Virus record (IMG/VR): IMGVR_UViG_3300047557_002769
Coordinates: 32,001-96,000 of that record
Source: a virus
Reading direction: 5' to 3' (one strand)
Length of the DNA stretch: 64,000 nucleotides
Every line of letters starts with the position of its first letter. The stretch's first letter is position 1. The position numbers and the translations under genes are program-made. This document shows positions 37,942 to 46,002 of this stretch, piece by piece. The notes beneath the pieces are model-generated. The model did not search any database. It was not told the DNA's origin and was given only the letters and a program-made list of their open reading frames with translations.

Positions 37942-38988
37942 TTATAGCCCTAGGTATTGTTTAAACTGCATTTTACGTAGTGTTGGTGGCTTCATTGCCA
38001 CCCCAGCACGTACTTTAGAAAGTGTGTCTTGCGTAGTCTGCTGCACGGGCACATCTGTTTTAGGAGCGGCTTTTTCCCGATCCATAGCATCCTCATGACC
38101 TGCTGGCTCACCTAAGTAGCCACCGCTTCTAACGGTCTCAATCATCTTTTTAAACTCTTTGTATGCAGAAGGACACTGATCTAAATTTCTAGTTTGAATT
38201 CCATCAAACTCGAGTTGTAGATGTTCTTCGTTTAAGCGTCTAATTTCTGTAAAAGGCATAAAGAGAGCTGGGATTTTCTTCTCTTTAATATTGCTAGGTT
38301 TTTCCCCGGGTGTAATTTTTTTCATATGGTCGGTGCCTTTTTTCTCTCCCCATTGGTATTTGGATATTTTAAGATGTGGGTCATATATCTCTTTTATTCC
38401 CATGGAGCTTCTTACAGTATGATAAACTTTTTCTTTATGTTCGTCAGAGAGCTTAGAAAGAAGACCAGATTTAAATTTTTCTTTCTCACCAGCTAAGGCA
38501 TGGCTACGTAGCTTAGTGCCCGACATACCAGCTGCGCCTTCAGCATCAGGGTCTCGTTGACCAGCAGAAACTACTTTAATAGATTTAAAGTTGTATAGAG
38601 CCCCTTCATGTGTACCGTTATAGTGCTCTAGTTTTTTCTTATATTCATCTACTCTGTCTGAACCTGCAACCATTACTAAATGTTTATGGCCTTGTTCGTG
38701 TAGGTGCTTTGCGATATGGAGCATTGAGGGCATTTCTTTGCTTGAAGAGCCTACATGCGCCTCAGGGTAGGCATGTTTAATTAATTCGACTTTATGTTCA
38801 GCTGTCAAAGGATTTTTCTTTGCATCATGAGAGTGAGAGGTATAGATGTGTGCTGTTGCGCCATGCTGTTTAGCAACTGCGATAGTTTTGTCAAAAAGCT
38901 TTTCATGCCCTATTGTAGGTGGGTTATTACGACCGTAGGTAAAAACCGCGGTTTTTTCGTCTTTTTCTTGAAGGAAGGTTTTAAACAT
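37942..38988 (-). CDS. HIGH-family nucleotidyltransferase (cytidyltransferase-like), probable virion cargo
   Basis: GRNNPPTIGHEKL, KNPL, VAGSDRV, MSGTKLR. Confidence 0.8.
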   Translation of the reverse strand: MFKTFLQEKDEKTAVFTYGRNNPPTIGHEKLFDKTIAVAKQHGATAHIYTSHSHDAKKNPLTAEHKVELIKHAYPEAHVGSSSKEMPSMLHIAKHLHEQGHKHLVMVAGSDRVDEYKKKLEHYNGTHEGALYNFKSIKVVSAGQRDPDAEGAAGMSGTKLRSHALAGEKEKFKSGLLSKLSDEHKEKVYHTVRSSMGIKEIYDPHLKISKYQWGEKKGTDHMKKITPGEKPSNIKEKKIPALFMPFTEIRRLNEEHLQLEFDGIQTRNLDQCPSAYKEFKKMIETVRSGGYLGEPAGHEDAMDREKAAPKTDVPVQQTTQDTLSKVRAGVAMKPPTLRKMQFKQYLGL

Positions 38989-39011
38989 GTCGACAACTGT
39001 AAATTATTATT

Positions 39012-39019
39012 TATTTATA
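39012..39019 (-). promoter_or_regulatory. T4-type late promoter TATAAATA
   Basis: Exact consensus upstream of 38988. Confidence 0.72.
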
Positions 39020-39030
39020 ACTTTTTATAA

Positions 39031-39657
39031 TTAGTATATCCAGAACCCTAACCTATCCCCGCTAGGGCAATCATACCAGATAGATCCTTCGGGTTGCTCA
39101 CTTTGTTCATCTCTCCATACCGGAATTGCATTTCTGTAAGAATGATGCGCAAAATCATCGTTATATCTAAGATGTATTTCTATTACTTTATCTCCGATAA
39201 GCTCAAAATTTACCCACTTATACTTGAGGTAGAATCCACCTAATGATTTAGGTATCGTAAAATCTTCATCTAGTCGCACCCATCGACTAAATCTATCTAA
39301 TCTTTCCGAGTCTCTAAAACCCTCTGCTGCAACAGTCTGAACACCTCTTAAATAGTCAACTGTAATATGTCTACCCTCTAACCACTCACACCAAAAATAT
39401 CCATCTGGTACTTGGTCTGTATCATTAGGTGTAAGCCATATCTTCCTTGCACCGCGCGACATCATTCTCAAATTTGTAATAGGTCTTATAATATACCAGT
39501 TATCTTTAGGCACTGGTATACCAGCAGGGGCAGCCTGTAATCCTTGTTTTTTCGCTACAATTAACTTATCGTAAATCCATAAATCATCAGTATTAACTTT
39601 ATGCCAAACGTCTTTATCGTCTATAAACATTACTTGCTGTGCATATTGATATACCAA
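39031..39657 (-). CDS. Hypothetical protein, ATP-grasp-like
   Basis: YDKL..IIRPITNL..G..WCEWLEGRHITVD..NFELIGDKVIEIHLR resembles ATP-grasp motifs. Confidence 0.5.
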   Translation of the reverse strand: MVYQYAQQVMFIDDKDVWHKVNTDDLWIYDKLIVAKKQGLQAAPAGIPVPKDNWYIIRPITNLRMMSRGARKIWLTPNDTDQVPDGYFWCEWLEGRHITVDYLRGVQTVAAEGFRDSERLDRFSRWVRLDEDFTIPKSLGGFYLKYKWVNFELIGDKVIEIHLRYNDDFAHHSYRNAIPVWRDEQSEQPEGSIWYDCPSGDRLGFWIY

Positions 39658-39818
39658 TGTGCTAGTTGTTTTTTACGTGGAGATGCTGATTTGGAAGAGC
39701 GGATTTTCTTAAGCTGAGTTATTGTCTTACCCTTAAGACCATGTCTAGCCATGTCACCTTTGTCTTGAGGGTTACGGCCATCCATAAAGTTTTCTCTAAG
39801 TTCTTTAAACGTTTTCAT
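39630..39818 (-). CDS. Small probable internal head protein
   Basis: MKTFKELRE start. Confidence 0.6.
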   Translation of the reverse strand: MKTFKELRENFMDGRNPQDKGDMARHGLKGKTITQLKKIRSSKSASPRKKQLAHWYINMHSK

Positions 39819-41083
39819 TTTATTTCTATCCATCTTAGAGTAGCTTTGCAGTCCGAGTTGTTTGCAATTTTAGTACAAATAACAGCCAAAATCTGACTAT
39901 TATTACTAAAGTAATTTTGATAGATTGAATCCGATAAAGTAAACGAGCCTGTTAGCTGGTTTGCACCAGACCCTGCACCGGTAGCACCAGCGGCAAAGCC
40001 ATCCGCAATAGCAACATAGTTAACATTAGCTGCCCAGCCGGTCTGTAGAGAAGGGTTCTTTACATATTGGCATACACTGTAGCCGGGTACATTAGCCCAC
40101 GCAGGCGTTCCGTTAAAAATAGAACTAGCATTTGGTGCGATGACGATTCGGTAATTTACATCGTTAGTCGCTAATATAGCCCATTCCTTAATTCTTGCAA
40201 ACATTTGATTAGGTTTGCCAGTTATAGTATCTTTTAGTTTAATAGCTAGTAAGCATTGACCATCAGTAGTATTAGAAATAGTTGTTGTATTACCATCTGT
40301 ACTGATCGAGTGTGTAAAACCAACCTCAACATCTGAGCCTTCACAGTATACCGCCCCACAAATAACTTGTAGTGTGGATGCAGAAGCTGCAGTACCTGAA
40401 TTTTTAATCTCCCACCTTAGTGGAAGACTGGGTTGCATTATGTAAGGTTCAGTGGTATTGTTAGCATGTCTAAACTGATGTACGTAGTGAATAGCACCAT
40501 CAATAACGAAGCCGACTCGCACTCTACCTACCCCTAGCCATTGATAATCACAGGTAAAGATATGACATTTTGTAAAGTCAGCTGTAATACCGCTTGGATT
40601 GTATTCATTCATAGAACCATCCAAACGATCTAAATTCCAACTTGTTCGTGGTACTACCTCATTGTCAACCCCTTTTTTTCTTATTACCATTTCCGGGGTC
40701 AAACCATTCATCCTGAAGTATATACCATTCCTATCATCAAACAAACCAACGGCTTGTATTACATTAGCTTTATGTGTACCCATTCTAAAAGTCATGATAG
40801 CTTTATTAGAGGTACCTGAGATATAAGGATGATATTGTTTAGTTTGATATACTACTCTATCACCGGATGCAGTTGTAACTGTTGCAAGGAATTGGCAGTT
40901 AGAAGTATCTGAAGTCAGGACCCCAGTACCTTCCAGATGATCATTCATAACCGACTGTGTTTCATTGTCGTACTGAAATCTATACTCACCTAAGACTCGT
41001 GCGCTAGTAGAACGCAAACCACCAAAAGCATCGATATTTGGACTATCGTCGTATCTAATTTTATCGTCAAACAAATAGGTCAT
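39815..41083 (-). CDS. Probable virion structural protein (beta-rich)
   Basis: DAFGGLR..DYQWLGVGRVRVGF. Confidence 0.6.
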   Translation of the reverse strand: MTYLFDDKIRYDDSPNIDAFGGLRSTSARVLGEYRFQYDNETQSVMNDHLEGTGVLTSDTSNCQFLATVTTASGDRVVYQTKQYHPYISGTSNKAIMTFRMGTHKANVIQAVGLFDDRNGIYFRMNGLTPEMVIRKKGVDNEVVPRTSWNLDRLDGSMNEYNPSGITADFTKCHIFTCDYQWLGVGRVRVGFVIDGAIHYVHQFRHANNTTEPYIMQPSLPLRWEIKNSGTAASASTLQVICGAVYCEGSDVEVGFTHSISTDGNTTTISNTTDGQCLLAIKLKDTITGKPNQMFARIKEWAILATNDVNYRIVIAPNASSIFNGTPAWANVPGYSVCQYVKNPSLQTGWAANVNYVAIADGFAAGATGAGSGANQLTGSFTLSDSIYQNYFSNNSQILAVICTKIANNSDCKATLRWIEIK

Positions 41084-41862
41084 ACTATTCTCCATCCGTC
41101 CCTGTATATTAGGGTAACTGAGCCGTTGTTAATTCTTATTTCAAAACCATTGGGATCGTTGTCCACTACACCAATAACTTTTATAGGTGTGAGTTGAGCA
41201 TGCCCCGATTCGTCTTTTATGATGACTTCTCTACCATTTACTATAGTTGAAGGATCAGGCAGTGTAATATAACACTTAACATCGCAGTTTACCCCTACGT
41301 AATAGTCCCTTCTTGTTATCGTATAATCACCTGTAACCAACTTGGTAGGCATGTCCAAGTTAATTACATCACCTGCACCGCCACCTGGACCGGTAAGAGA
41401 AATCTTACTTACCCAATCCTCTAAGAATTTAATTTTTTTTCTAATGTCGTTTAATGTACGACCGGGAAGATCAACATCGGGTTGTTGATATGTTTTTTCT
41501 TCTAGCTTAACTTCTTTAGTAATATGCTCGGCGGCGAGATCGGCGAGGGTTTTGGGCTCGGGGCCGGTGGGTGTTTTTTCGGCTTGTGCTTGAACCAACT
41601 CATCACTTTCCTCCTTCAACACGGTTAACACTTCATCGAGTGTAGGTGGCTTAGGGTAGGTAATATTGATCTTTTCCACAAACTGCTCAGCTACCACTGC
41701 CGCTTCTGCGAGATCTTTAATGGTGTTTGATCTGACTGATTCAACAATTTCTTTTTGAATCTGCTCGTATCGCTCCACCTCTTCTACCAAAGCAGGATCA
41801 ATCTCAGTGCCCATTGCACGAGACCACTTTACCAAAAGCTGCTTTTCTTTAATACTTTTCAT
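41080..41862 (-). CDS. Hypothetical protein with fibre-like C-terminal domain
   Basis: GPGGGAG linker; DYYVGVN..ITLP..IIKDESG. Confidence 0.6.
   Translation of the reverse strand: MKSIKEKQLLVKWSRAMGTEIDPALVEEVERYEQIQKEIVESVRSNTIKDLAEAAVVAEQFVEKINITYPKPPTLDEVLTVLKEESDELVQAQAEKTPTGPEPKTLADLAAEHITKEVKLEEKTYQQPDVDLPGRTLNDIRKKIKFLEDWVSKISLTGPGGGAGDVINLDMPTKLVTGDYTITRRDYYVGVNCDVKCYITLPDPSTIVNGREVIIKDESGHAQLTPIKVIGVVDNDPNGFEIRINNGSVTLIYRDGWRIV
41502..41603 (-). CDS. Candidate nested gene: 33-aa Pro/Lys-rich peptide
   Basis: AAGGAGG-N6-ATG; MSWFKHKPKKHPPAPSPKPSPISPPSILLKKLS; coincides with a local GC-rich patch. Confidence 0.55.
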   Translation of the reverse strand: MSWFKHKPKKHPPAPSPKPSPISPPSILLKKLS

Positions 41863-41900
41863 TGATCTTCTATTGCCTAGCCTGTAAAATCCATATGTGG
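41860..41900 (+). promoter_or_regulatory. sigma70-type promoter TTGATC-N17-TAAAAT, antisense (copy 2 of 41-bp repeat)
   Basis: 36/41 identity to 17376-17416 in the opposite orientation. Confidence 0.55.
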
Positions 41901-41912
41901 GCCGGTGAGAAA

Positions 41913-43106
41913 TTAACGCGGTCTAGCTAAAAAATTAGCTCTACTAAATTCTTGTCTATCTACTAACTTAGTAGGTCTGTTATTACGTACAACGACGTAG
42001 CCTTCTGGCTTTACTTTAGTTCCGTTGATCGTATGTTCAAATTTAGGCTTAGATGAAAGAGCGTGAACAAGTTGATCTTTAGCAGCCTGTAAGTGATGAT
42101 GCATTTTGAGAATCGCATCTATGTGCTTGCTGTTCTTCTGTACATGATCTAAATCGTCGTTCATTTTTTCAGTTCTAGTCGCGACAGCTTTAGCTGTTTT
42201 GACTTTAGCGATACCTTGCAGATGTTTATCTTTTAAGTGTTCATGATAACCTTCAGTGGACGGGATAGTACCATCTCTCACGGTCTTATTAATATACGTC
42301 TTTAGATGCTCGCCATGTCTATCCAATACCCTGTAAGCTTTTTTATCGGTATTTTTAAATAATTCTGTAGCTTGATTAAGGTGTTGTTGATATGTATGAT
42401 GTTGATCTTTCGTCATCTCTGCATGCTGAGCATCATCTGAAACGTTAATCATATGAACGTCCGGGTGCTGCTTGAAATGAGAAATGTCAGCGCCGTATTC
42501 AGCTTTTAATCCTTGAAATGTATTACCAGTATACGCTGTATGAACAGCTACTCCAAATTTGGACTTAGCTAGTTTTTTACCTTCGGGTGAATTATGAGGT
42601 GTGGAATAAGTTATGGTGTTAGGTTTAAAGTGGTACTTCTTACCATCATCCATTATATCACCGTGAGGATTTTCTTCACTTTTTATACCACCTGAATGCA
42701 TGATATCACCTTGATATACACCTGTCTTAGGCGCAACCTTAGGTAAGTGCTCTAATGCAGCCTTTAACTTAGATACAAGTCCTGGTGCATGGCCGTGGTT
42801 TTGTTCTATATCTTCAAACGTATAATTTAATTTTGGATTCACGTTAAACGCAGACTTAGATGCAACAAAAAACTGGCCATTATCGGGGTTATGACCAAAA
42901 ACAATAGAAGGAGATCCATCGTACTTGGTCGTAATTTTTGTATTATTCTTTTTACCTTGTATCTGATCCTTGACGTCTTCCAGGTTGTGAAAAGCATGAG
43001 CGAACCCTTCCATACCTGCGTTGATGACGTGGTCTTCGGCATGCTCTAAATGCGTCAGCTTTTCTTCGGAAGCTGCTTCAGTAATAAAAGCTTTTAAATT
43101 ATACAT
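41913..43106 (-). CDS. Ligase-fold nucleotidyltransferase-like protein, probable virion cargo
   Basis: TTKYDGSP (KxDG), QGD, EGYVV, KLV motifs; MYNLKAFITE start. Confidence 0.6.
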   Translation of the reverse strand: MYNLKAFITEAASEEKLTHLEHAEDHVINAGMEGFAHAFHNLEDVKDQIQGKKNNTKITTKYDGSPSIVFGHNPDNGQFFVASKSAFNVNPKLNYTFEDIEQNHGHAPGLVSKLKAALEHLPKVAPKTGVYQGDIMHSGGIKSEENPHGDIMDDGKKYHFKPNTITYSTPHNSPEGKKLAKSKFGVAVHTAYTGNTFQGLKAEYGADISHFKQHPDVHMINVSDDAQHAEMTKDQHHTYQQHLNQATELFKNTDKKAYRVLDRHGEHLKTYINKTVRDGTIPSTEGYHEHLKDKHLQGIAKVKTAKAVATRTEKMNDDLDHVQKNSKHIDAILKMHHHLQAAKDQLVHALSSKPKFEHTINGTKVKPEGYVVVRNNRPTKLVDRQEFSRANFLARPR

Positions 43107-43825
43107 TACTTAAATGGATTCTTTTTTGTGGTACCGGGTTTAACAGAAAAAGTACTGTAAGGCATCTGCTTAATTTTTATTTCAGCCTGCACTTCATAAA
43201 ATTCTGATCGAGTACCTATTCTTACTTTAAAATCACCTACACCTTTAAGTAAAGGTACTGATGCACCTAGCTTAAAGGGATCTGCATTACCAATTCTATA
43301 AAAATCATCACCAGCTTGCATGTAGTTAGCAGGCTCGGTTTTACCTTTAGTATAATGATCGGTAACTACCTTACCTAAATCAACATTCTCTTTATTTGCA
43401 ATATATCTGTTTACACCTGGTTGATCAAAAAACATCTTCATAATTTTGAGAGGCACAGCACCAGGCTCTTTTAGCCCTGACTTGGTGGTTGGAATTTTAA
43501 GCTCATTAAGAGGTATACCTGTAAATTTTGATAGCTTAATAAGAAATTCTTTTGTCTGCGAGGATGAATTAAGCACATCTACTGCATGTTTAGCAGCAGG
43601 TGTGTCATATGTTGTCTGCCATTTACCGTCAGAGTAAAACATTCTCGGATTAGAAAGATTATCCGTGTGATTCATTTTAACTTCGACCCAGGAGTCCACA
43701 CCCTTATAACTCACTTTTACATCAGGATAATCCGTACCTACTCTAGGTCTTTCCGCGGTTACACCTGGTAGTTTATTGATGTAATCAGCGACATCTTTTT
43801 CGTACTTATCTGACGCAGCAGACAT
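43106..43825 (-). CDS. PD-(D/E)XK endonuclease-like protein
   Basis: YE..YPDVKV..WVEVK. Confidence 0.6.
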   Translation of the reverse strand: MSAASDKYEKDVADYINKLPGVTAERPRVGTDYPDVKVSYKGVDSWVEVKMNHTDNLSNPRMFYSDGKWQTTYDTPAAKHAVDVLNSSSQTKEFLIKLSKFTGIPLNELKIPTTKSGLKEPGAVPLKIMKMFFDQPGVNRYIANKENVDLGKVVTDHYTKGKTEPANYMQAGDDFYRIGNADPFKLGASVPLLKGVGDFKVRIGTRSEFYEVQAEIKIKQMPYSTFSVKPGTTKKNPFK

Positions 43826-43860
43826 ATTGCCCCCTTATAACTATATGTTATTTATCTAAT

Positions 43861-43887
43861 AAAAAACCCCGGGGGCTCCGGGGTTTT
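43861..43887. terminator. Intrinsic terminator
   Basis: AAAAAACCCCGG-GGGCT-CCGGGGTTTT. Confidence 0.8.
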
Positions 43888-44104
43888 AGATGTTTTTGCA
43901 GTAAAAATCTAGCAACCTATCTTTAAGCATCGATGGTATATCGAGATAAGGCCATTCTACTACATATGGGCAAGCACCATTCTCTGACAAATTTTTCCAG
44001 CTATTAGTTTTAAGAAACTTATACGCTAACTTCCTATCATTTTTTGATTCAGGGTTAAATTTACGCTTTTTGACAATCTGTGCAGATAAAATTTTACTTT
44101 CCAT
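43886..44104 (-). CDS. Hypothetical protein
   Basis: ORF track. Confidence 0.55.
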   Translation of the reverse strand: MESKILSAQIVKKRKFNPESKNDRKLAYKFLKTNSWKNLSENGACPYVVEWPYLDIPSMLKDRLLDFYCKNI

Positions 44105-44136
44105 ATTAGACAGGGCACCGAAGTGCCCGGTTCTGC

Positions 44137-44385
44137 TTAGTTAAACAGAGAGGTGCCAGCGCTAGCGAAAGCAGCAGCAACCATAGCACGCGAAGGACGG
44201 CCAAGGCGATAAGCGGTCTTACCATTCTTGGTAGTATTGCTATAGATAGCATACCCTTGCGAACGCAGCTCAGAAATACGAGCCATAACGCTGTTCTCGG
44301 TAGTCCCGAAAAGACCAGCAATCTGACCGGCGGTAAACTGCTTACCAGACTTCAGAACGTTCAAAACTTTCGATTGTACAGTCAT
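44137..44385 (-). CDS. Winged helix-turn-helix protein
   Basis: FTAGQIAGLFG..ARISELRSQGYAIY; AGGAG RBS. Confidence 0.8.
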   Translation of the reverse strand: MTVQSKVLNVLKSGKQFTAGQIAGLFGTTENSVMARISELRSQGYAIYSNTTKNGKTAYRLGRPSRAMVAAAFASAGTSLFN

Positions 44386-44457
44386 AATATCTCCTAATGA
44401 CAAATTCCCCGCAAATAAAAGCTCGGTAAGCTGCGGTCGGTCTTACCGAGCAACGAA

Positions 44458-44787
44458 TTAAGCTTCAGCGAGCTCCTTAATTCGTAGAATCTCATCATCA
44501 ACTTCAGCAACCGGAGGAGTAGTTACTGTAGCCTTAACAGTCGCCTTCTCTTCCTTCTTACCACGCGTAGCTTCAATATCACTACGATACGTTTCAAACT
44601 GGCCAGACGCAAGAAGATAGTCGCAAGCCTCGACCTTAGTCATAGGGTTAGGCAGATCAACAAGAAGAATATCGGTGTCACCCTGCTTTACTAGATTCTT
44701 AAAGCGTAGAACCATATCAGAGCAGAAACGAACTTTGGTCTTGCCCTTGTTAACAGAAACACCAGCTACAGTAAATGTACTCATCAC
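44458..44787 (-). CDS. Hypothetical protein
   Basis: AAGGAG RBS; FTVAGVS..KVRF. Confidence 0.65.
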   Translation of the reverse strand: MMSTFTVAGVSVNKGKTKVRFCSDMVLRFKNLVKQGDTDILLVDLPNPMTKVEACDYLLASGQFETYRSDIEATRGKKEEKATVKATVTTPPVAEVDDEILRIKELAEA

Positions 44788-44805
44788 AAGCTCCTTCAAT
44801 CAAAC

Positions 44806-44834
44806 ATTATATAAGAGTTAATAAAAAAGATCAA
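44806..44834 (-). promoter_or_regulatory. sigma70 promoter TTGATC-N17-TATAAT
   Basis: Consensus spacing, intergenic. Confidence 0.7.
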
Positions 44835-44848
44835 GCAAATTTGGTATT

Positions 44849-45109
44849 TCAAACACCTAGGCCTTGACCTGCCAAAAAGTAATTCGTAACTTTGGTAAGC
44901 ATCACCTGTTTAGAGGTAGCCTTCTCAATCTCACGAATGAACTTTTCCTTGGTATCACGCTTGCCGCTAGATTGTTCAATCATGCTTGTGCAAAGCACTT
45001 TGAATCCTACAAGCGTTTGTTTTTCGAATTCCGAAAAAAGCAGTTTCAAACCGTCATCTCCAACAGTATCATTTTTAATACGGGGTTTAGAACTTTTTTG
45101 CGTTTGCAT
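44849..45109 (-). CDS. Hypothetical protein
   Basis: AAGGAG RBS before MQTQK. Confidence 0.6.
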   Translation of the reverse strand: MQTQKSSKPRIKNDTVGDDGLKLLFSEFEKQTLVGFKVLCTSMIEQSSGKRDTKEKFIREIEKATSKQVMLTKVTNYFLAGQGLGV

Positions 45110-45129
45110 AATTACTCCTTTGTACATGT

Positions 45130-45158
45130 ATTATATACCAAGAAGCAAATAAAGGCAA
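45130..45158 (-). promoter_or_regulatory. sigma70 promoter TTGCCT-N17-TATAAT
   Basis: Consensus spacing, intergenic. Confidence 0.7.
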
Positions 45159-45164
45159 CTGTTA

Positions 45165-45323
45165 CTAGTCGTTTAGTTTCTCTAGATCGGTCTCGGTGAT
45201 GATACGTTTCTCTAGTAACAAACTAACAGCTGCATCAATTCCGTTAAATTTTCCCCATAGAAAACAAGCGTAACAAGCGGCAAGTAACAGTACGATTTGT
45301 GTAATATCTAACCAGTTAAGCAT
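45165..45323 (-). CDS. Small membrane protein (52 aa), not in ORF track
   Basis: MLNWLDITQIVLLLAACYACFLWGKFNGIDAAVSLLLEKRIITETDLEKLND. Confidence 0.65.
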   Translation of the reverse strand: MLNWLDITQIVLLLAACYACFLWGKFNGIDAAVSLLLEKRIITETDLEKLND

Positions 45324-45331
45324 TTATACCC

Positions 45332-45976
45332 TTAAACAGTAACATATGGTAACCACATGTAGGTTTTTTTAAGTAAGCGTTTTCTAATATCACACCAATC
45401 ACCGCCTTTAAACGTATCCTTATAGTACCTATAAGACCAAACTTTTCTATGTCGACTTAAGGATCTCAGAACACTGTAAGGGTTTTTGTTAGGATAAAAG
45501 TAACGAATCTCCATCGCAATATCGTGCCCGTAGGCGTCAATTTCATCTACATCGGAAAGATATTCTCTTTCTTCTTCTTTCGATGAATCTTTATTTCTAA
45601 ACTCTAATGGTTCAGATTCAAAGTCATCATCCATCGGCCTGCGGTTCCATTGAAGCTGATGAATAAGCTCATGCTGACAGACCTGAGAAGTGGCGAACTT
45701 AAAGTCTTTCCAGTTTTTCTCAGTAATTTTAAAAGCCTTGTATTTCTTAGCGAAATTTAAGATCACATATTTGCGATCAGACTCCATATCGTAAAGCCCG
45801 GCTACTGAGAAGTCTTCTCGGTCATAATCAGCATAAGTTTCAAATCTAAAACTAAAAGGTTCAACACGTTTAAACCCTCTATTTAGAACATCGCAAATAT
45901 AGTAGTAACTAGAATTACCCATGAGTCTTTGCTTTTTGGATTCTAAAACCTCGTCGATTTTATTGGCCAGATACAT
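45332..45976 (-). CDS. Hypothetical protein with HExxH metallopeptidase motif
   Basis: QHELIHQ..EIDAY. Confidence 0.55.
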   Translation of the reverse strand: MYLANKIDEVLESKKQRLMGNSSYYYICDVLNRGFKRVEPFSFRFETYADYDREDFSVAGLYDMESDRKYVILNFAKKYKAFKITEKNWKDFKFATSQVCQHELIHQLQWNRRPMDDDFESEPLEFRNKDSSKEEEREYLSDVDEIDAYGHDIAMEIRYFYPNKNPYSVLRSLSRHRKVWSYRYYKDTFKGGDWCDIRKRLLKKTYMWLPYVTV

Positions 45977-45994
45977 GGGTGTCTCCTTTGTGAA

Positions 45995-46002
45995 TATTTA
46001 TA
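45995..46002 (-). promoter_or_regulatory. T4-type late promoter TATAAATA
   Basis: Exact consensus overlapping the gp41 stop. Confidence 0.65.

Noticed and set aside
41525-41585. A-poor patches here and at 49386-49457 as diversity-generating retroelement repeats
   Set aside because: No template/variable repeat pair or reverse transcriptase; overlapping ORFs explain them better
44106-44321. 71-aa alternative-frame ORF over the wHTH gene
   Set aside because: No RBS; Leu-rich composition is expected from T-ending codons of the real gene
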